Of a stretch of 64,000 nt of DNA, positions 31,876-42,537 are shown piece after piece. Position 1 is the first letter of the stretch. Each line of letters opens with the position of its first letter. Source of the stretch: an uncultured Pseudomonadota bacterium (GTDB lineage: Bacteria; Pseudomonadota; Alphaproteobacteria; Acetobacterales; Acetobacteraceae); NCBI GenBank assembly GCA_963819005.1, contig CAWFUL010000012.1, positions 335,650-399,649 on the forward strand, written 5' to 3'. The notes under the pieces are model-generated. The model was not told the DNA's origin and made no database searches. It worked only from the letters and a program-made list of their open reading frames with translations. The translations under genes and the position numbers were made by a program.

Positions 31876-33010
31876 CGACTGTCAGGAACGACTTTGTCGA
31901 CCCGTGATGCTGGTCGGGTCCGAACGAGAACTCCGACCCGAAGATATCCTTGTAGGACGAGATGCTCTCCATCCCTTTCAGGAAGCTGTCGAGCGTCAGG
32001 TCTTTCCCGGCGCGTTCCAGCCCCAACAGCACCAGATGCGCCGCGGTGTAGCCGACCTCACCATGGAAATTCGGATCGCGGCCATACCGAGCCTTGAAGT
32101 TCTTCGCGAATTCCTGAACCGCGGGCCGGGGATCATCCGGATACGCGTAGAGCGCCGGGGTCATGCAGTAGAAGCCCTCGGTCGCGCCGCCTGGCAGGGA
32201 CGCCACTGCCGTATCGTAGGAGGCAAACTGTCCGACCATATCAACGTTCCAGTTCATCTTCCTTGCAGTCTGGATGATGATGTTGGTGTCGCGCACGATG
32301 GTGCCTAGCATGATGGCATCGCAGCCAGCGTCATGCAGCTTGGTGACGTTGGCGTTGAAATCGGTATCGGTTGGACGATGCGCTGTCGTCGCGACAACCT
32401 TCATCCCCAGGGCCTGAGTCTCCGCCACGACACCGGCCAGCACGTCCTTGCCGAAGTCCGAGTCCTGATACATGACGCAGAACGCTTTGCGTCCTTTCTT
32501 CTCGGCGAAATACTTCACTGCCGAGCGCATCTGATCATAGTAAGAGGCGAACTGTCCCCATTTCAGCTTGTTGTATGGCTCATACATAGATCGTGCCGCC
32601 GTCAGCGGGAACATGTTCGGCACGTCCTTGGCGAACTGCGCCGGCATGTTTGCATCGTTCATCGGCGTGCCGCCATCGTCGATCGTCATGAACACATCGT
32701 CGCTGTTCAGCAGCTTGTTCATCGCCTGCACGGCCCTGGGCACCGTGTACTGGTTATCTTCCACAATATATTTGATCTTGCGGCCGTTCACGCCGCCTTT
32801 TTCATTAGCTTCGTCGAACGCCATCCGCACCGCGTCGCTGTTGTTCACCCCCTGCACGGCCGTGACGCCGGACAGATCCGTGATTGTGCCGATGACGATT
32901 TCGGTATCGGTGACGCCGCGAACCGGATCGGCCGCGTAGGCTATCGAGGCGCTTAACAAAAGTCCGCCGGCAATCGCCGGCAGCCAGGCACTGCTGTACG
33001 CTTTACGCAT
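31826..33010 (-). CDS. branched-chain amino acid-type ABC transporter substrate-binding protein (Leu/Ile/Val-binding family)
   Basis: Signal peptide MRKAYSSAWLPAIAGGLLLSASIAYA, then VTDTEIVIGTITDLSGVTAVQG. The start was trimmed to the ATG at 33010. No permease or ATPase genes are adjacent. Confidence 0.85.
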   Translation of the reverse strand: MRKAYSSAWLPAIAGGLLLSASIAYAADPVRGVTDTEIVIGTITDLSGVTAVQGVNNSDAVRMAFDEANEKGGVNGRKIKYIVEDNQYTVPRAVQAMNKLLNSDDVFMTIDDGGTPMNDANMPAQFAKDVPNMFPLTAARSMYEPYNKLKWGQFASYYDQMRSAVKYFAEKKGRKAFCVMYQDSDFGKDVLAGVVAETQALGMKVVATTAHRPTDTDFNANVTKLHDAGCDAIMLGTIVRDTNIIIQTARKMNWNVDMVGQFASYDTAVASLPGGATEGFYCMTPALYAYPDDPRPAVQEFAKNFKARYGRDPNFHGEVGYTAAHLVLLGLERAGKDLTLDSFLKGMESISSYKDIFGSEFSFGPDQHHGSTKSFLTVVKDGRWVPVEQEALAY

Positions 33011-33311
33011 GTGTTTTCCTTCCCAATGCGACGGTCTGGACGTCCGTCGGACGCCGCCACGCCAGCGACGCCGGCCTTTGCCATAAAGTCCTTGGCTCGG
33101 AAGGACAAGCACGGCACCGAACCGTCCACGGCTTGACACGGCTAGGTATCGACCCGAACCATCTGGCGACAGGAAGACACAATTCCTGGGCGCCAGCCGA
33201 GGCCAGGTGCTGTAAAACAGGTGCCGTTTTGCTGAAGGCACCGCCAAGGCGCTGATATCGAACGATTGTTCGCGAAGCGCATCTGGGACCTAACGCGCGG
33301 AGGGTAGCCCA

Positions 33312-34376
33312 ATGAAATTCGGCTTCTGTGTCATGGCCGACATCGACGAGATCGGTTTCTTCAACCATGCCGAAGCGCTTGGTTACGATTCCGTCTGGGT
33401 CGCCGACAGCCAGATGATGTTCTCCGACGTCTACATGGTCTGTGCGCTGGCCGCGCAGCAGACGAAGCGTATCCGGATCGGTCCTGGCACCGCCATCTGC
33501 GGCACCCGTATTGCCCCGGTCCAGGTCGCCGCAATGGCGACGCTCAACCGCCTCGCCCCCGGCCGGGTCTTCCTGGGCATCGGCACGGGCAACACCGCGA
33601 TGCGCACGATGGGTCAGAAACCCATGAAAATGGCGGCTTTTGGCGAGTATCTGAGGGTCCTTGACGGGCTGCTGGATGGCAAGGTCGTCGATCTTACGTT
33701 CGATGGCCGCGCTCGCCCGATCAAGATGCTTCGCCACGAAACCCGCTTCATGAATCTTCTGCCTAGAATCCCGCTCTATGTCTCCGGCTTCGGGCCCCGA
33801 GCGATGGCGCTGGCCGGAGAGTATGGCGACGGCCTGGTATTTGCTATCCCGCCTCGCGGCGTCCCGGTTCAGGATGCGCTGGGCCATGCCCGGCAAGGTG
33901 CGGCCCGCAATGGCCGGGACATCACCGGCTTCCTGAACGCAACCCTGACCAACATTGCGCTGCCGCACCCTGGCGAAGCCGTCGACTCTGACCGCGTCAA
34001 GCAGGCGATCGGCCCCAACGTCATGGCGAGCGTCTATTACTTTTACGACATGGTCCACGAACGCGGCATCGATCCGCCCGAGTTCCTGCGCCGGATCTGG
34101 AAGCCCTATTGTGCCCTGGTGGAGCAGACACCGCCCGAACACCGCCACTTCCGCACGCACGAATTCCACTACACCGACCTTCACCCGGGTGAAGCAGCGC
34201 TGATCGATGAGCAGCTGATCCGAGACACCTGCATTGTCGGCACGCCGGACGAACTGATCGAGCGCATCAGGGGTCTGGAGAAGGACGGCCTGCAGGAAAT
34301 GGTCTTCGCCGTCGGCAACGCCGCGAAGTGGGAACTGGCGGAACGATTTGCGCGGGAGGTGATGGCCAGGCTGTAG
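33312..34376 (+). CDS. LLM-class flavin/F420-type oxidoreductase
   Basis: MKFGFCVMADIDEIGFFNHAEALGYDSVWVADSQMMF..., GRVFLGIGTGN. Confidence 0.8.
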   Translation: MKFGFCVMADIDEIGFFNHAEALGYDSVWVADSQMMFSDVYMVCALAAQQTKRIRIGPGTAICGTRIAPVQVAAMATLNRLAPGRVFLGIGTGNTAMRTMGQKPMKMAAFGEYLRVLDGLLDGKVVDLTFDGRARPIKMLRHETRFMNLLPRIPLYVSGFGPRAMALAGEYGDGLVFAIPPRGVPVQDALGHARQGAARNGRDITGFLNATLTNIALPHPGEAVDSDRVKQAIGPNVMASVYYFYDMVHERGIDPPEFLRRIWKPYCALVEQTPPEHRHFRTHEFHYTDLHPGEAALIDEQLIRDTCIVGTPDELIERIRGLEKDGLQEMVFAVGNAAKWELAERFAREVMARL

Positions 34377-34380
34377 CGGG

Positions 34381-35436
34381 CTAATACCCCCTTTCCCAAT
34401 CGATCACATTCCGCATCGGCGCCCCAGTCAGAAACGCCCGCAGGTTCTCGCAGAACACCCCGATCGCGCCGTGCCGGTCCTGATCGCTCGCGCCCGAGAT
34501 ATGCGGCGTGATCATCACCCGCGGGTCCGACCAAAGCCGCTCATCCGGTGGCCGTTCAAACTCTCCGACATACACATCCAACACGACACCCCGCAGGCGA
34601 TCGCCAGCAAGTGCTTCGGCCAACGCATCCTCATCGATAATCTCGCCGCGTGCCACGTTTGCCAGGATGCCGCCGGTTTTCATCTTCGCGAAACGATCGG
34701 CATTGAACAGTTTGTTCGTCTCCGGCGTCCACTGGCAGCAGATCGCCACCACGTCCGCCTCCGGCAGAAACCGATCCAAATCCGCTGCCCCGCCGACCTG
34801 CGAAAACCCGGCCGGCAGCTCGTCCGCCGGTGCTTGCCGCCGCGTGCCGACCACCCGGAAGCCTAGCGCCGCTAGAAGCCGCCCGACCTCTGCCCCAATG
34901 CCTCCGGCGCCAACGACGCAGGCAGTCTTTCCCTCCATCAGCCACGGCCGATAGGTCCGGGATGTGAACGTTCGCGCCTGGCGGTCGACCGTGGCCCGGT
35001 GCAGACCCTTGGCGAAGTAGGCGATGCCGGCCACGGCGTATTCCGCGATCGCCAGTCCATTGGCGAACCCGCGGGATGTCGTCACGGTCACGTCGCTGCC
35101 CCACAGGTCGCCGCGCAGCAGGTTGCTCGCGCCGGCTGGACGTTGATGGAACCATCGCAACCGCGGTGCTCGCGCCCGCAGATCCAGCGGAAATGGAAAG
35201 CTGCCAAGGATCACGTCCGCGTCAGCCAGCAACGCGTCCCTTTCTGCCCTCGTGCCTGATCCGGCGGCACCCGGCGCCAGATAGCGCTCGCTGCCGAACG
35301 ATGGCCACGTGTCGCGATACTCACCATCAAACCAGCCGCCGGCGTCGGTCAGGCGAATGGCCGGATCAACAGCCTCGATCCGAGCACGATCGGCTTCGCT
35401 GATGCGTGTCAAACTCAGAATATTCAATTGCTGCAT
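34381..35436 (-). CDS. D-isomer-specific 2-hydroxyacid dehydrogenase family protein
   Basis: NAD site VVGAGGIGAEVGRLLAALGFRVVG, then NVARGEIIDEDAL and ITPHISG. The start was trimmed to the ATG at 35436. Confidence 0.85.
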   Translation of the reverse strand: MQQLNILSLTRISEADRARIEAVDPAIRLTDAGGWFDGEYRDTWPSFGSERYLAPGAAGSGTRAERDALLADADVILGSFPFPLDLRARAPRLRWFHQRPAGASNLLRGDLWGSDVTVTTSRGFANGLAIAEYAVAGIAYFAKGLHRATVDRQARTFTSRTYRPWLMEGKTACVVGAGGIGAEVGRLLAALGFRVVGTRRQAPADELPAGFSQVGGAADLDRFLPEADVVAICCQWTPETNKLFNADRFAKMKTGGILANVARGEIIDEDALAEALAGDRLRGVVLDVYVGEFERPPDERLWSDPRVMITPHISGASDQDRHGAIGVFCENLRAFLTGAPMRNVIDWERGY

Positions 35437-35604
35437 GCCGGCATTCCGGGTGATCCCTGGATAATAATCAAGCCTCTCACTTTGCCGCACGTCCATACAG
35501 CGACCATTGCCTTCCTAGCATCTCTGATCCGGTAAGCCGGGGCTCGCCTGATTTTGACCATCCAGCCGGTGGTTTGGCGTGGCCCGGGATGCCATGCTTC
35601 CGGC

Positions 35605-36264
35605 ATGTCATCGAATGTCAGCGCAGCCGGCTCTCAGGCCGTCCACCCGCAGCAACCCAAACGGCGCGATCTTCTGTCGCTGGTCGCGATGTCCGGCGCG
35701 ATTATCGGGGCGGGCGCCGTCATTTGGCCCTTCATCGATTCCATGAACCCATCCGCCGACGTGCTTGCAGCGGGGGCGCCGATCGACATCGATGTGTCAA
35801 AGGTAGCCACTGGCCAGCAGATCGTCGTGCTGTGGCGAGGGGCGCCCATCCTGATCGTCAACCGCACGCCCGACGCGCTGAAGACGCTGGAAAGTCCCGG
35901 CCTGGTGTCACGCCTGTCGGATCCGGATTCGAAGGTGCATCAGCAACCGCCCTATGCCGAGAACTGGCATCGGTCGGTGAAGCCCGAGTATGCCGTGCTG
36001 GTCGGTATCTGTACCCACCTTGGCTGCCTGCCGAACTACCGGCCGACGCCGGACCCTGCATCGCCGGCGCCGGACTGGCCTGGCGGCTACTTCTGCCCCT
36101 GTCACGGATCCAAATACGATCTGGCGGGGCGGGTGTATTCCGGCGTTCCGGCCCCGTACAATCTGCCGGTTCCTCCCAATCGCTTCGTCGACGACAAGAC
36201 CTTGCGGATCGGCGAGAACCCGCCCGGCGTTAGTTTCGAACTTGCCAATGTCGTTCAGATGTAG
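35605..36264 (+). CDS. petA: ubiquinol-cytochrome c reductase Rieske iron-sulfur subunit (stand-alone copy)
   Basis: Tat-type N-terminus (KRRDLLSLVAMSGAIIGAGA) and Rieske boxes CTHLGC and CPCHGSKYD. No petB or petC follows. Confidence 0.85.
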   Translation: MSSNVSAAGSQAVHPQQPKRRDLLSLVAMSGAIIGAGAVIWPFIDSMNPSADVLAAGAPIDIDVSKVATGQQIVVLWRGAPILIVNRTPDALKTLESPGLVSRLSDPDSKVHQQPPYAENWHRSVKPEYAVLVGICTHLGCLPNYRPTPDPASPAPDWPGGYFCPCHGSKYDLAGRVYSGVPAPYNLPVPPNRFVDDKTLRIGENPPGVSFELANVVQM

Positions 36265-36328
36265 GTTCGCCACCTCGACCTGACGCCACCTTCATGCGAG
36301 CATTGATCCTGATTGAAAGGATCAGCGC

Positions 36329-37519
36329 ATGCCAACGAACCCCGGCCCGTTTAAAGGCCCCTTGGCCCAATTCAAGGTCATCGACCTCACCCGCGTGCGC
36401 GCAGGTCCTACCGCGGTGCGGCAGCTTGCCGACTGGGGGGCTGACGTTGTCAAAATCGAATCCCCCGAAGGTGACGCCGGGCTTGGCGGGGAACGCCACG
36501 GCCCTGATTTCCAGAACCTGCATCGCAACAAGCGCAGCCTGACGCTGAACCTGAAGTCGGCCGAGGGTCTGGCGGTCATGAAGCGTCTGGTGGCCCAGGC
36601 CGATGTGGTTGTCGAAAACTATCGCCCGGACGTGAAATTCCGCCTCGGCGTCGACTACGAAAGCCTGAAGGCGATCAATCCCCGCATCGTCTATGCCAGC
36701 ATCTCCGGCTTTGGCCAGGATGGGCCCTATATCGACCGACCCGGCTTCGACCAGATCGCCCAGGGCATGGGCGGGCTCATGTCGATCACCGGCGAACCCG
36801 GCCGAGGCCCCATGCGCGTTGGCATCCCGGTCGCTGACCTGACCGCCGGCATCTTCGCCGCCATGGGCATCCTGATCGCATTGCTGGAACGAGAGCAGTC
36901 CGGCGAAGGCCAATGGGTCAAGAGCTCCCTGCTGGGGGCGCAAATTTCCATGCTGGACTTTCAAGCCGCTCGCTGGACCATTGCCAAGGAGGTGCCAGGG
37001 CAGGCTGGCAACAACCACCCGACCAGCATCCCAACGGGGGTCTTTGCCACCGCGGACGGCTACATCAATATCGCCGCCGCCGGTGACGACATCTACAAGC
37101 GCCTGTGCAAGGCCCTGGACGCGCCGCATCTGGCCGCCGATCCGCTGTTCGCCACGGGGCGGGCGCGGTCGGCGAACCGCGACGCGCTGAATGAGGCGAT
37201 CGAGGCGATCACCCGGGGGAAATCCTCGGCCTACTGGATCGAGGTCATGAACAAGGCCGGGGCGCCGGCCGGCCCGATCTACAAGATGAACGAGGTGTTC
37301 GCCGATCCTCAGGTGCAACATCTTGCGATGACCCGCAAGGTGCCGCATCCCGTCCTGGGCGACGTGGAGGTCGTCGGTCAGCCCATCGAACTCAGCCGCA
37401 CGCCCTGGAGCATCCGCAACGCCACGCCGGAAGCCGGCGAGCACACCGACACGATCCTGGCCGAACTTGGCTACACCGCCCAGGAAATCGCCAGCCTGCA
37501 TGCCAACAAAGCCGTATAA
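36329..37519 (+). CDS. CaiB/BaiF family (class III) CoA-transferase
   Basis: GPLAQFKVIDLTRVRAGPTAVRQLADWGADVVKIE, and GFDQIAQGMGGLMSITG with the catalytic Asp context. Confidence 0.9.
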   Translation: MPTNPGPFKGPLAQFKVIDLTRVRAGPTAVRQLADWGADVVKIESPEGDAGLGGERHGPDFQNLHRNKRSLTLNLKSAEGLAVMKRLVAQADVVVENYRPDVKFRLGVDYESLKAINPRIVYASISGFGQDGPYIDRPGFDQIAQGMGGLMSITGEPGRGPMRVGIPVADLTAGIFAAMGILIALLEREQSGEGQWVKSSLLGAQISMLDFQAARWTIAKEVPGQAGNNHPTSIPTGVFATADGYINIAAAGDDIYKRLCKALDAPHLAADPLFATGRARSANRDALNEAIEAITRGKSSAYWIEVMNKAGAPAGPIYKMNEVFADPQVQHLAMTRKVPHPVLGDVEVVGQPIELSRTPWSIRNATPEAGEHTDTILAELGYTAQEIASLHANKAV

Positions 37520-37540
37520 TCAAGCGGGAGGAACGAACAA

Positions 37541-38338
37541 ATGGATTTCAACGGCAAGGTCGCCCTGATCACCGGGGGCGGTGGCGGCATCGGGCGCGCT
37601 ACCGCCCTCGGCTTCGCGATGCGCGGCGCGAAAGTCATGGTTGTCGACGCGGACGCTGACTCGGGTCATGCCAGCGCAGACATCATCACCCAGCGGGGTG
37701 GCACATCGGCTTTCGTCCAGGCTGACGTTACGAAATCCGCGTCGGTGAAGGACTACGTCGAAAAGACCATCGCGGCGTATGGCCGGATCGATTGTTTCTT
37801 CAACAACGCCGGGATCGAAGGCACGGTTTGCCCAACCCAGGACTATGACGAGGATGTCTTCGATCGTGTCATCGCGGTCAATTTGAAAGGTGTCTTCCTC
37901 GGCCTGCGCTATGTACTGCCTGTGATGCTCAAGCAGGGCTCCGGCGCGATCGTGAACACGGCCTCGGTCGCCGGGTTGTTCGGCGGGCCCGGTATGCCCG
38001 CTTATGTCGCCTCCAAGCATGGGGTCCTGGGTTTGACCAAGGTCGCTTCAACCGACGTTGCCGGGCGCGGTGTCCGGGTCAATGCCGTGTGCCCTGGGCC
38101 GGTCGAAACGCGGATGATGCGGTCGCTGGAGTCGCAGCGCAATCCAAACGATCCGGAAGCGGTCCACTCCGCCTACGCAGCCGCCACGCCGACCGGGCGC
38201 TATGCCACGCCAGAGGAGATCGCGGGCGCTGTCCTTTATCTGTGCTCCGATTTGTCCACTGACACCACCGGCACGCATATCGTGATCGATGGTGGCCGTT
38301 CCGCATCCGGCGGCACCGCACCGGCCAGAAGAACCTGA
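37541..38338 (+). CDS. SDR family oxidoreductase
   Basis: TGGGGGIGRA, NNAG, YVASKHG. Confidence 0.9.
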   Translation: MDFNGKVALITGGGGGIGRATALGFAMRGAKVMVVDADADSGHASADIITQRGGTSAFVQADVTKSASVKDYVEKTIAAYGRIDCFFNNAGIEGTVCPTQDYDEDVFDRVIAVNLKGVFLGLRYVLPVMLKQGSGAIVNTASVAGLFGGPGMPAYVASKHGVLGLTKVASTDVAGRGVRVNAVCPGPVETRMMRSLESQRNPNDPEAVHSAYAAATPTGRYATPEEIAGAVLYLCSDLSTDTTGTHIVIDGGRSASGGTAPARRT

Positions 38339-38353
38339 AGGAGGACCGCAGCA

Positions 38354-38992
38354 ATGCCCGATCTGTTCGAAATCATCGGTACCACCCGGTCCATGCGCCG
38401 GCTGAAGCCGGATCCGGTGCCTGATGAGCTGATCAAGCAAATCCTGATGGCCGGCACCGCCGCGGCCAACGGCGGCAACAACCAGACGTGGCGTTTCCTG
38501 GTCCTGAAGGACCCGGCGGTCAAAAAGGCTGTTCAAGTCTACTACAAGAAGGCGTTCGAAGAGGTGGTCGGCCCTCGTTACGCCACCAGTGCACCGCCGC
38601 CCGGCGTCACCCCCGACAAATACACCCGGCAGCACGGCGCGGTGGAATACCTGACGGAACACTATCACGAGGCTCCGGTCTGGATTGTTGCGTGTCTTGT
38701 CGATGGACCGAACCCCGGCCGAGGCGCGGGCGCGTCGATCTATCCGGCCGTGCAGAACATGTTGCTGGCGATCCGAGCACTTGGGCTGGGGTCAACGCTG
38801 ACGACCAGACATATCCTGTACGGAAAGGAATGTGACGCAGCGATGGGGCTGCCGGAGGGCGTGCATTCCTACGCCATCCTGCCAATCGGCTATCCGATGG
38901 GGAAATTCGGACCGGTGGGGCGCGGCAAGCTGTCCGATTTTGTTTTCCTGGACAAATGGCAGCAGCCTTATCCGGCGGTCGCGGACGCGTGA
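38354..38992 (+). CDS. nitroreductase family protein
   Basis: TTRSMRRLKPDPVPDELIKQILMAGTAAANGGNNQTWRFLV. Confidence 0.8.
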   Translation: MPDLFEIIGTTRSMRRLKPDPVPDELIKQILMAGTAAANGGNNQTWRFLVLKDPAVKKAVQVYYKKAFEEVVGPRYATSAPPPGVTPDKYTRQHGAVEYLTEHYHEAPVWIVACLVDGPNPGRGAGASIYPAVQNMLLAIRALGLGSTLTTRHILYGKECDAAMGLPEGVHSYAILPIGYPMGKFGPVGRGKLSDFVFLDKWQQPYPAVADA

Positions 38993-39111
38993 AATATTCC
39001 CGCCGCAAGGTCTGCAGGACAGCGCGGCGGGCGCTACCGATACCACGGTTGAAGCATCGGTTTGCTTTAAGTAAAATGCTTTAGGGGAGACAACAGCCAG
39101 GGGACGCCAGG

Positions 39112-40005
39112 ATGCGCTCAGACATCGCCTTCAAAGCGACTGATGGAACAACCCTGAGAGGCTGGCACTACACACCCGACGCGCCCGGCAGACATCCCGT
39201 GATCGTCATGGCCCACGGCTTCTCCGCCGTGAAGGAAATGTACCTCGATAAGTACGCCGAAGCCTTTGCGAGGGTGGGGCTTGGGTCGATCGTTTACGAC
39301 AATCGCAATTTCGGGGCGAGCGACGGTGAGCCTCGTCAGGAAATCGATCCCTGGCTGCAAGTCAGGGACTATTCCGATGCCATCACGTTCGCGCAGAGCC
39401 TCCCGCAGACCGATCCGGGTCGCATCGGCGTTTGGGGATCAAGCTACAGCGGCGCTCATGTGCTGGTTGTCGCGGCCATCGACCGGCGGGTGAAATGCGC
39501 AGTGTCGCAGGTTCCCATGATCAGCGGCTATCATGGATTTCGCCGGCTTGTCCGCGCCGACATGATCGCGCCGCTTGAGGGAATGCTGCACGCCGATCGC
39601 GCTCATCGCGCGTCGGGCGGCGCACCCGCGATGCTGCCCGTTGTCGCCGCGGACCCAGCCGCGCCATCGGCGCTGCCGACCGCCGATTCCTATAAATGGT
39701 TCACGGAGACCGCCGCCGCCCGTGCGTCATCCTGGCGCAACGAAGTTACGCTGCGGACCATCGAGTATGGTTTCGGCTACGAACCGGGCGCCTATATCGG
39801 GCTTATCTCGCCGACGCCGCTGATGCTGATCGTCGGGGTAAAGGATCATCTGACCGTGGCTGATCTCGCCCTGGCAGCCTACGAAAACGCCTGTGAGCCA
39901 AAGCGGCTGGTCTTATTGCCAGGCGGCCATTTCGACGCATACGTCGAAGGGTTCGAACTGTCGTCGGGTCCGGCCTGTGAGTGGTTCCGCGCCCATCTGG
40001 GGTGA
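39112..40005 (+). CDS. alpha/beta hydrolase
   Basis: VIVMAHGFSAVKE, a nucleophile-elbow-like WGSSYSGAH, and a C-terminal GGHFD. Confidence 0.75.
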   Translation: MRSDIAFKATDGTTLRGWHYTPDAPGRHPVIVMAHGFSAVKEMYLDKYAEAFARVGLGSIVYDNRNFGASDGEPRQEIDPWLQVRDYSDAITFAQSLPQTDPGRIGVWGSSYSGAHVLVVAAIDRRVKCAVSQVPMISGYHGFRRLVRADMIAPLEGMLHADRAHRASGGAPAMLPVVAADPAAPSALPTADSYKWFTETAAARASSWRNEVTLRTIEYGFGYEPGAYIGLISPTPLMLIVGVKDHLTVADLALAAYENACEPKRLVLLPGGHFDAYVEGFELSSGPACEWFRAHLG

Positions 40006-40008
40006 CGG

Positions 40009-40257
40009 CTACCCACCCTCGATCTTCGGAATGAAGAACACCTCCGCCCCGGGGGGAACCGGCTGGAAATAGCCGGTTTCGTGCAGTTCTCCGTTGATGG
40101 CAACGGTGGTTTCTTCCTCGAGATGCTCGCCCAATCCGGGAAACATTTCATCCATCGCCTTCAGCACGCCCCGAAGATTCTTTGCTTCCACCTCGAACTC
40201 CCGCACGCCGCTGGTATAGCGGCGCGCGAAGCCCGAGGTAAAAACGATCCGCGCCAT
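40009..40257 (-). CDS. MoaD/ThiS family ubiquitin-fold protein with C-terminal Gly-Gly
   Basis: 82 aa ending ...FFIPKIEGG. The ATG overlaps the stop of the upstream molybdoenzyme gene (TGATG). Confidence 0.7.
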   Translation of the reverse strand: MARIVFTSGFARRYTSGVREFEVEAKNLRGVLKAMDEMFPGLGEHLEEETTVAINGELHETGYFQPVPPGAEVFFIPKIEGG

Positions 40258-42537
40258 CAGGCCGACAGAGCCGCGAGCACCTTGGGCGGTGACATCGGCA
40301 GTTCCGTCATCCGCTTTCCGGTGGCCCTTTCAATGGCATTGGCAATCGCCGCCATCGGCGGGCAAATGCAAACCTCGCCCACGCCCTTTGCGCCATACGG
40401 ATGGGTTGGGTTCGGGACCTCGACCAACACGGTATCGATCATCGGCAGATCGGACGACACCGGGCAGCGGTAATCCAAAAACCCCGGATTATCCAGCAGA
40501 CCTTTGTTATTGTAGATATATTCCTCGCTCAGCGCCCAGCCGATCCCCTGCACAACGCCGCCCTGGATCTGCCCCTCCACATAGCTGGGATGGATGGCGC
40601 GCCCGACGTCCTGCGCTGCCACGAACCGGAGGATGGTGACCTTCCCCGTCTCCGGATCGACTTCAACGTCACAGAACTGGGTCGAGAATCCAGGCGCCTG
40701 GCCGCCTGCATTCACGCCATTGGACGCGGTGATTGGCCCCCCCGTCGCCGCCGCCTTGGCCGCGATTTCCTTGAAAGACAACGGCTTGAAGTCGCCGACG
40801 TTCGACGAGGCTGGCTTCGCGTAGCCGTCTTCCCAGACGACACCCTCCTCATCGACGCCCCAGATCAATGCGGCGCGCTTGATCATCTCCTTGACCACGG
40901 ACTTCGAGGCATTCACCACCGCTGTGCCCGTCGCGAATGTGACGCGGGATCCGCCGGTTACATGCGTGTAGCCAACCGATCCGGTATCGGCGACGATGGC
41001 CCGGACGTTCCCGTAGTCCACGCCCAGTGTTTCCGCCGTCATCATCGCCATCGAGGCGCGCGATCCGCCAATGTCCGGGCTGCCCGTCGCCACCAGCACG
41101 GTGCCATCGGCATTCACCTGGATCGTGGCGCTGGACTCGCCGCCGCCGTTGAACCAGTAGCCCGAGGCAACGCCCCTGCCCTGGTTCGGCCCCAGCGGCG
41201 CCTTGTAAGCCGGGTGCTTCATCAGAGCCTCGACCGTCTCCAGGTAGCCCGCATGAGCGTGCTTCGGTCCGGCGATCGTCGGCGTGCCAATCCGGCAGGC
41301 ATTCTTCTGGCGGATCTCCAGCGGATCCATCCCGATCGCCTGCGCGCACAGATCCAGCACGCTTTCAACCGCGAACGCGGATATCGGCGAGCCAGGCGCG
41401 CGATAGGCCGCTGCCTTCGGGCGGTTAGACACGACATCGAACCCGGTCGCCTTCTGGTTCGGAATGTCGTACGGCGCAAATGCGCACAGGCACCCGTTCA
41501 TCACCGGCGAGCCAGGAAACGCCCCCGCCTGGAATTTGAAAATTCCTTCAGCCGCAACGATCGAGCCGTCCTTCTTCACGCCGATCTTCACCCACATCGA
41601 CGCGCCGGAGGTCGGCCCCGAGGCGCGGAATACATCTTCGCGCGTCATTTGCAGCCGCACCGGCAAACCGGACTTCTTCGACAGAATCGCCGCCACGGGT
41701 TCCAGGTAGGTGACGGTCTTGCCGCCGAATCCACCGCCAATCTCAGCGGGCGTCACCCGGATGTCGCCCAGCCGGGCGCCGATGATCTGGGCGGTCAGGG
41801 CGCGCATCTGGAAGTGTCCCTGGCTGGAGGACCAGATTTCACACTGTCCGTCAGCCTCGTACTTCGCCACGCAGGCATGTGGTTCGATGTAGGCCTGATG
41901 CACCGCGGCGGTCTTGAATTCTTTCTCGATGACGACATCCGCCTGCCTGAAGCCGGCCTCCACATCGCCGATCGCAAAATCCAGGCGCTTGGAAATGTTG
42001 GACGGCTTGGTAGGCGCGGGTTCGATGCCGCGAGTGATCATGTCGTCGAACAAGAGTGGCGCGTCCGGGGCCATCGCCTCGTCCACGTCAATGACATGGG
42101 GAACGATTTCATATTCCACCTTGATGAGGGCGGCGGCTTCTTCGGCGATGCTGGCGCTGGTGGCGGCGACGGCGGCGATGGCGTGGCCCTCATACAGGAC
42201 CTTTTCGCGGGCCAGGATGTTGCGCGTCACGTGCCAGAAGTTAACGGCCACACGCTCAGGCCCGATGTAGTCGAACTTCTGGTCCGGTAAATCGGCTGAA
42301 GTCACCACGGCCTTCACGCCGTGAACCTTTTCCGCCGCCGAGGTGTCGATCGACTTGATCCGCGCATGCGCGTGCGGGGAGCGCAGGATTTTGCCGTAGA
42401 TCATTCCGGGCAGCTTGAGGTCAGCGCCGTACTGCGCACGACCCGTCACCTTCGGCACGCCATCCGGGCGGATCGGCCGCGTTCCAACCCATTTGAAACG
42501 CTTGACTGAATTCAGTGACGATCGTGGAGTCGTTCAC
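40257..42537 (-). pseudogene. xanthine dehydrogenase/aldehyde oxidase family molybdopterin-binding subunit, N-terminus frame-shifted
   Basis: The 733-aa ORF carries the family core (VTGRAQYGADLKLPGMIYGKILRSPHAHARI...). In-frame upstream sequence KRFKWVGTRPIRPDG has no start codon. A GTG at 42537 with SD GAGGA opens MNDSTIVTEFSQ in the neighbouring frame. A 1-nt insertion around 42501-42510 reconciles them (TEFS-KRFKWVGTRPIRPDG). Confidence 0.75.

Noticed and set aside
40401-42290. Very long ORFs antisense to real genes: 40401..42290 (629 aa), 46051..47829 (592 aa), 17769..19133 (454 aa), 36230..37501 (423 aa), 33003..34184, 8139..9239, 14258..15310, 25027..25893, 13339..14205 and 48121..48870.
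   Set aside because: They are Arg/Gly/His/Pro/Asp-rich and low-complexity, with no recognisable motifs. Each lies exactly opposite a gene with clear family signatures. These are the shadow ORFs expected in GC-rich DNA, where stop codons are rare.
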